Assembly (NCBI GenBank): GCA_013388855.1 | Contig: JACAEM010000004.1 | Coordinates: forward strand, 101,113-165,112 | Source of the DNA: Chloroflexota bacterium | GTDB taxonomy: Bacteria; Chloroflexota; Anaerolineae; Anaerolineales; Villigracilaceae | Direction: 5' to 3' | DNA length: 64,000 bases | Part shown: in pieces, positions 59,316 through 64,000 of the stretch | Layout of the letters: every line of letters begins with the position of its first letter | Numbering within the stretch: position 1 is the first letter of the stretch | Notes under the pieces: model-generated | Seen by the model: the letters and a program-made list of their open reading frames with translations, nothing else | The model's database searches: none | What the model was told of the DNA's origin: nothing | Made by a program: the position numbers and the translations under genes

Positions 59316-60320
59316 ATGAGTTCCGATATGGAAAACAAACCGCCTGTTGACCGCACCACGCTGTTCCCAATTCTACTCGGTGTATTCTCCCTGTTTGGCA
59401 TCCTGCTTGTATTCATGATTGGACGGTACAATGCTAACCGCCCCGCCGTGCCCGTCCCGGCCACCGCCACGCCCTTCAAATATCAATTGATCGGAACGGA
59501 ACCGGGCATTTCCACAGCCGAAACCATTGACCCGAATTTCACAGAAAACCCCGCCGGTTCGCCCCAGCCGGGACTGGTCGTCACCGCGCTACAGGGACAA
59601 ATCTCCTCGTCCAACTTGACATCCGGTCCATCCTCCGGCACGAACGTTGCCAGAACGAAGACCTCATCCTCGGTGAACCAGACCGCAGTGGGGAGCGGCA
59701 CAGATCCCATCATCGTTTTAAATCCCGGAACCAAATCTGCCACCCCGCCGTTGGTGGTCATCGAGCGGACTCACACACCCACACGGACACCCGGTCCTAC
59801 AATCACGAAAACCCCCTCTCGCACCCAAAATTCCACGCCAACGACGGGGCAGGTGGTCACCAGCACACCCTCACGCACGCGTACGAGTATTCCCACTGGC
59901 GCGACCCAGGTCCCGCTCGTCCCGGGTACCTACGACGACTCCCATCCCTTGATTGCCTATGATGGCTGGTCCCCCGTGACCGACCCATCCGCGTATCAAA
60001 GCACGATACACGTTTCCAACACTGCGGGTTCCACAGCGACGTTCAGTTTTGTCGGGCAGCAGATTCGCATCACATTCATGGGTGGAGGCAGTCTCGGCAC
60101 CATCCGTATCAATATCGGCGGCTTGAACTTTGACCTCGATCAATCGAATGGCACCGAAGAATGGGTCTCAGCTTTGCTCACACAGGGAACCTACACGGTG
60201 ACCATCACCCATTCAAGCGGCGGGTCGGTCAACATCGACTCCATCATCATCCCCGATTTCACCACCACCGCCACGCCTCCCACTCCCACCTCAACTACCG
60301 CTCCGGGTGGAGTAGATTGA
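59316..60320 (+). CDS. membrane-anchored Pro/Thr/Ser-rich protein with a C-terminal beta-rich domain, hypothetical
   Basis: One TM helix (LFPILLGVFSLFGILLVFMIG), a long low-complexity PT/S linker and a C-terminal ~130-aa globular segment. No family recognised. Confidence 0.6.
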   Translation: MSSDMENKPPVDRTTLFPILLGVFSLFGILLVFMIGRYNANRPAVPVPATATPFKYQLIGTEPGISTAETIDPNFTENPAGSPQPGLVVTALQGQISSSNLTSGPSSGTNVARTKTSSSVNQTAVGSGTDPIIVLNPGTKSATPPLVVIERTHTPTRTPGPTITKTPSRTQNSTPTTGQVVTSTPSRTRTSIPTGATQVPLVPGTYDDSHPLIAYDGWSPVTDPSAYQSTIHVSNTAGSTATFSFVGQQIRITFMGGGSLGTIRINIGGLNFDLDQSNGTEEWVSALLTQGTYTVTITHSSGGSVNIDSIIIPDFTTTATPPTPTSTTAPGGVD

Positions 60321-62600
60321 CCGCATCGGCGGGTGGAGTAGATTGACCGCATCGGCGCGCATGAAATACGCGCGGTACGCGGCGGTCTCCTCGAGCACTC
60401 CCTTCACGGCGAGGTACAACTCCTTCTGGAGATATGGATTCGCTTCCCCATTCCCCCTCGATAAAAGCAACGCATCCCCCTCACCGGTCACTGTCACGTG
60501 CCCCCCAGCCGCCAGCCACTCCAAGCCGATCCGCACGGCGCTTTCGCGTGCCGCCATCGCGGAGGCAAGCTCCTGCAATGTGACCTTGCCGCGCCGCTGA
60601 TTCAACACATATTTACACAACCCGGCCAGATGAGATAGAAACTCATCAGGTTTTTCCTCCGCAGGCGGGATACCAAACACATAAACGATTTTCGGTTGGA
60701 CAATTTCCAACGCCTTGTGTAGTTCGGCGGGGGAGGGAGGAATGGTGTAGATGGAAAACTCATCCGATGGGTGTAGTTCAAAACGCGACACACCAACAGA
60801 CTTATCGGGTCCCTCCGCCCAGATGAGGGTGGAAGGCTGGAGATTCAACAGAGAGGGTTGCAGGCGCATATCCCGCACTTCCAGTTTGGGTTTGTGAATT
60901 TCGACGGGCTTTTCTTCGGCGAGGCGATACTCCTCGAACGTCAGGCTGACCTGTCTCTGTCCGCGGTAGGCGGAGGCGCGCAGGGCATAGGCGATGTCGA
61001 GTTTGGCGCCGGTTTCCGGCAGGTCTTCCCCGGCGCCGCCCCACCAGAGGAGACTTTGCACATTGCCGCGTTCGTCTTCCACGGTCAACCGCAGATGCTC
61101 TTTCGTCTTTCCGATTTCGGTTGCTGATTTGAGCGTCACATTTCGTGTCGCCAAAATCAACTCCGGATTTCCCGCGCCGAAGGGCGCCAGCATTTCCAGC
61201 GCGTCTGCCAGTTCGAGATTGATTTCGTGCAATTCCAGCCACGCGTCAATTTGAAGCGTTGGCTCCTCGCGGACGATCTCGCCCAGTTGGCGTTCGATGG
61301 CTTTGCCCAGTCCGCGGCGGAAGGCGGGCAGGTTTTCTTTGGGGAGGGAAAGTCCTGCCGCCATGGGATGACCGCCAAAGCCGAGGAGCAAGTCTTTTTG
61401 TGCGGCGATGGCTTCGGTAATGTGCAGTCCCTCCACCGAGCGGGCGGAGCCGCGCAGGATGCCGTCTTCGCCTTCGGTGAGGAGCAGGGCGGGTTTGTGG
61501 TAACGCTCGACGAGGCGGTTGGCGACGATGCCCACCACGCCGCCGGGCCAATTGGGATGCGACAACACAATGACGGGTTCGCTCAACAGGCTGGGGTTCT
61601 CGCGCAACTGCGCCTCCGCCGCTTCCGTGACCTGACTGGTCAACAGCCTGCGCTGGGCGTTGAGACCCTCGATCTGCGCGGCAAGGACGCGGGCTCTGGA
61701 AGCGTTGTTGGTAATTAGTAATTCGACGGCGGGGTTGGCGTCACTCAAGCGTCCAAGTGCGTTCAGGCGCGGCGCGAAGGTAAAGCCGATGGTTTCCTCG
61801 GTGAGGGTTTCGAGACTTGCGCCCGCCAGTTCTGCCATCACCTTCAAGCCAAGCCGTTTCGTCTCGCGCAGTTTTCGAATTCCCTTTTGCGCCAGTGAGC
61901 GCGTCTCGCCTTTCAACAGCGCCACATCTGCAATCAACCCCAGCGCCACCAAATCGAGCAGTTCTTGACTTTCGACCTTTGACTTTTGACCCGCGAGCAG
62001 CGCCTCCGCCAGCTTATATGCCACACCGACGCCTGCCAGGTTTTTCAGCGGATGATTTTCGGAAAGTAATTTGGGGTTGATGATGGCTTTTGCATTGGGG
62101 AGTGTTTCGCCGGGGTCGTGATGGTCGGTGACGATGACCTCCACGCCGCGCGAGTTGCAGTAGTCAATGGCTTCGTGGGCGGTGATACCGGTATCGCAGG
62201 TGAGGAGCAGGCGGACACCGCCATCCAGGATTGGTTCGAGACTCTCGATGTGAACGCCATGGTTTTCTTTGCCGCGAACCGGGATGTAGTACACCACGTC
62301 TGCGCCGAGGGCTTGAAGGGTTTGGACGAGCAGGGTGGTGGCGGTTTGCCCGTCCACATCGAAGTCGCCCCAGACGCAGATTCTCTCTTGTTTGCGTATA
62401 GCCGCTTTGATTGTCTCTGTTGCCTTTTCTGTCTCAGGAAATGGCACAGATGGACTTTCATCGGGATGTAGAAACGCGCGCGCGGCGTCAGGTGTGTGAA
62501 TCCCGCGCCAGACGAGAGTCTGCGCGATGAGGGGAGGCAGGTTCAGGTCCGCGAAAGAAGCGGGGATGTGAATCGGTGAGGGGTCGAGCCAGCGGGTCAT
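60291..62600 (-). CDS. recJ: single-stranded-DNA-specific exonuclease RecJ (long form)
   Basis: DHH motifs DFDVDGQT, LLTCDTG and VTDHHDP, plus the DHHA1 GGHPMAAG. The C-terminal residues are altered by the 26-bp duplication. Confidence 0.9.
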   Translation of the reverse strand: MTRWLDPSPIHIPASFADLNLPPLIAQTLVWRGIHTPDAARAFLHPDESPSVPFPETEKATETIKAAIRKQERICVWGDFDVDGQTATTLLVQTLQALGADVVYYIPVRGKENHGVHIESLEPILDGGVRLLLTCDTGITAHEAIDYCNSRGVEVIVTDHHDPGETLPNAKAIINPKLLSENHPLKNLAGVGVAYKLAEALLAGQKSKVESQELLDLVALGLIADVALLKGETRSLAQKGIRKLRETKRLGLKVMAELAGASLETLTEETIGFTFAPRLNALGRLSDANPAVELLITNNASRARVLAAQIEGLNAQRRLLTSQVTEAAEAQLRENPSLLSEPVIVLSHPNWPGGVVGIVANRLVERYHKPALLLTEGEDGILRGSARSVEGLHITEAIAAQKDLLLGFGGHPMAAGLSLPKENLPAFRRGLGKAIERQLGEIVREEPTLQIDAWLELHEINLELADALEMLAPFGAGNPELILATRNVTLKSATEIGKTKEHLRLTVEDERGNVQSLLWWGGAGEDLPETGAKLDIAYALRASAYRGQRQVSLTFEEYRLAEEKPVEIHKPKLEVRDMRLQPSLLNLQPSTLIWAEGPDKSVGVSRFELHPSDEFSIYTIPPSPAELHKALEIVQPKIVYVFGIPPAEEKPDEFLSHLAGLCKYVLNQRRGKVTLQELASAMAARESAVRIGLEWLAAGGHVTVTGEGDALLLSRGNGEANPYLQKELYLAVKGVLEETAAYRAYFMRADAVNLLHPPMRSIYSTRSGS
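60305..60356. repeat. perfect 26-bp tandem duplication (GGGTGGAGTAGATTGACCGCATCGGC x2)
   Basis: Copy 1 is 60305..60330 and copy 2 is 60331..60356, identical when read directly. They lie in the convergent 3' overlap of the 59316..60320 ORF and recJ. Confidence 0.95.
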
Positions 62601-62639
62601 AAAAATAGAGCCATGTTTGGGGTGGCTCTATTGTAGCAG

Positions 62640-62840
62640 TTACTTGTCCTGGTCTGGGAAAAATATCTCTTCGATCTTTATCCCAAACAACTGGGCGATC
62701 TTGAATGCCAGCGGCAGGCTGGGGTCGTATTTGCCCGTCTCGATGGCGTTGACGGTCTGCCGGGAGACGTTGAGTTTTTCGGCAAGGTCAGCCTGTGACC
62801 AATTCCGCTCAGCGCGCAGGACCTTGAGGTTGTTTTTCAT
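62640..62840 (-). CDS. XRE-family helix-turn-helix transcriptional regulator (66 aa)
   Basis: Contains LRAERNWSQADLAEKLNVSRQTVNAIETGKYDPSL. Confidence 0.85.
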   Translation of the reverse strand: MKNNLKVLRAERNWSQADLAEKLNVSRQTVNAIETGKYDPSLPLAFKIAQLFGIKIEEIFFPDQDK

Positions 62841-63226
62841 TGATACCTCTTGTTGAAGTAGCCAAGACTCAAACCCCAGAGCGCAAACATCATCGGAAGA
62901 ACCCAGATGGTGGGGAAATCGGGAAAGCCAACATTTTCGAGAAAGCCATAACCGAATGTGATCAAGCCGGTGACGATGGCTGAAAACGTCACCGCCTGGA
63001 GTTGAATTCGCTGAATCAATTCGTCGCTGTCGCGCATGGCGCGCAGGATGGCAGCGAGTACAAAGACAATCGGGATGACAGGGACAAGCGCAAGAGCGAT
63101 TTGCAGAGGCTTGGAAAGTTCCAGCCGTTCGAGTAACGAAGTGGTGAGAATCAGGACGAGCACATACGCACCCATCGAGAGAGCGAATTCCCGGTAATAT
63201 CGTTTTAAAATTTGATTTTGATTCAT
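62837..63226 (-). CDS. hypothetical membrane protein (four helices) translationally coupled to the XRE regulator
   Basis: Hydrophobic helices are present. It has a 4-nt ATGA-type overlap with the downstream HTH gene. Confidence 0.65.
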   Translation of the reverse strand: MNQNQILKRYYREFALSMGAYVLVLILTTSLLERLELSKPLQIALALVPVIPIVFVLAAILRAMRDSDELIQRIQLQAVTFSAIVTGLITFGYGFLENVGFPDFPTIWVLPMMFALWGLSLGYFNKRYQ

Positions 63227-63265
63227 TGAATTTCTCCTTTCAAACGTTTTCCGTGTTTGTTCGGT

Positions 63266-63424
63266 TTACCGGCTGCCGCGATAGTTTGGGATGACCGTGT
63301 TCAACACCAGTCCCACTGCCGCGCCAATGACCAGCCAGAGCGCCATGTTGCCGGTCGCCGCGCCGATCCCTGCTCCGATGGATATTCCAATCGCGATCCA
63401 TGTTCCTGAATTTTTCGATTTCAT
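63266..63424 (-). CDS. unannotated 52-aa glycine-zipper-like small membrane protein
   Basis: Hand translation gives MKSKNSGTWIAIGISIGAGIGAATGNMALWLVIGAAVGLVLNTVIPNYRGSR. AGGAG lies 6 nt upstream of ATG 63424. The overlapping 82-aa track ORF in another frame looks spurious. Confidence 0.55.
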   Translation of the reverse strand: MKSKNSGTWIAIGISIGAGIGAATGNMALWLVIGAAVGLVLNTVIPNYRGSR

Positions 63425-63461
63425 GATTTTTCTCCTGTAAAGTTTGCTTGACTTTCCGGAG

Positions 63462-63491
63462 TATAAAATACCCTTGACATATTGTCAAGGG
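63462..63491 (-). terminator. intrinsic terminator after the tryptophanase-family gene
   Basis: On the minus strand, CCCTTGACA ata TGTCAAGGG is followed by TATTTTATAC. Confidence 0.7.
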
Positions 63492-63514
63492 TATTTGACA
63501 TTAAGTTTCTGTAT

Positions 63515-64000
63515 TTACAACGGCTCGAACCTCGCCGTGAAGTGGCGGAGTAATTCTGGGGCATAGGTAAATTTGTAGCCGCGCAACCCGCTTGCTCTTG
63601 ATTTGATTTTACAGAGCGTATCTGCCACATAATCGAAATGACTCTGTGTGTAGACGCGCCGAGGGATGGTCAGGCGGAGGAGTTCAAGGGCGGGATAATG
63701 CCAGGTATTGTCTTCGGGGTCGAGGCAGGCGAACATGACCGAACCGATCTCCACGCCGCGGATGCCGCCTTCGCGATAGAGCTCGACTCCCAGTGACTGT
63801 GCAGGGAATTCGTAATTGGGGATGTGCGGCAGGAGTTGATTTGCGACAACGTACACGGCGTGTCCGCCCGCGGGTTGGATGGTGGGAATACCTGCGTCGT
63901 TGAGTCGCTGAGCGAGATACGCGGTCTGCGCGATGCGATAGGCGAGGTAGTTTTCGTCCAAGCCTTCGTACAAGCCGACTGCCATCGCGTCGAGGTCGCG
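63515..64000 (-). CDS. tryptophanase / tyrosine phenol-lyase family beta-eliminating lyase (C-terminal part, gene continues beyond the window)
   Basis: Contains ...[16 protein letters not shown]...GGHAVYV...[16 protein letters not shown]...[11 protein letters not shown]. The frame stays open to position 64000. Confidence 0.85.
   Translation of the reverse strand, partial: RDLDAMAVGLYEGLDENYLAYRIAQTAYLAQRLNDAGIPTIQPAGGHAVYVVANQLLPHIPNYEFPAQSLGVELYREGGIRGVEIGSVMFACLDPEDNTWHYPALELLRLTIPRRVYTQSHFDYVADTLCKIKSRASGLRGYKFTYAPELLRHFTARFEPL

Noticed and set aside
63240-63488. 82-aa track ORF (MTICQGYFILRK...).
   Set aside because: It runs into the upstream terminator hairpin and has no SD. The 52-aa ORF in another frame (63266..63424) has an AGGAG SD and a coherent membrane-peptide sequence.

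Overview
This is a dense, mostly housekeeping chromosomal segment of a moderately GC-rich bacterium. Pro/Thr-rich linkers, near-leaderless promoters and the gene content fit a Chloroflexota/Anaerolineae-like organism, but that assignment is low confidence. About 60 credible CDS are called. They include a liv-type branched-chain amino acid ABC operon, xth, ftsH, fadD, miaA, asnS, clpB, an aspS-gatC-gatA-gatB block, rnc, smc, rpsF-ssb-rpsR and recJ. There are also several envelope and peptidoglycan enzymes, two small thiol-redox modules and an S8 protease. No rRNA, tRNA, CRISPR array, transposase, prophage or recognisable defence system was seen.

Main findings:
- **Attenuator:** the strongest result is an unannotated 27-codon leader ORF upstream of aspS. 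It has nine consecutive Asn/Asp codons and overlapping antiterminator and terminator helices. This is a classical ribosome-mediated attenuator layout placed in front of aspS-gatCAB, the genes that make Asp-tRNA and, by transamidation, Asn-tRNA.
- **Tandem repeats:** all three intercistronic spacers of that operon are filled with short tandem repeats (9-mer, 7-mer and 8-mer arrays).
- **GatB insert:** gatB carries an in-frame insert derived from a palindromic G-rich repeat family. Other copies of this family lie elsewhere in the window.
- **smc stop codon:** smc has an in-frame TAA exactly where the conserved Glu of the N-terminal VLGEQS motif belongs.
- **Smaller items:** an MtaD-CYTH fusion, a ThiS-like/TtuA-like pair, a perfect 26-bp tandem duplication at the recJ 3' end, and a hairpin that sequesters the Shine-Dalgarno sequence upstream of clpB.

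All calls come from reading the sequence and the ORF translations. No database search was run.
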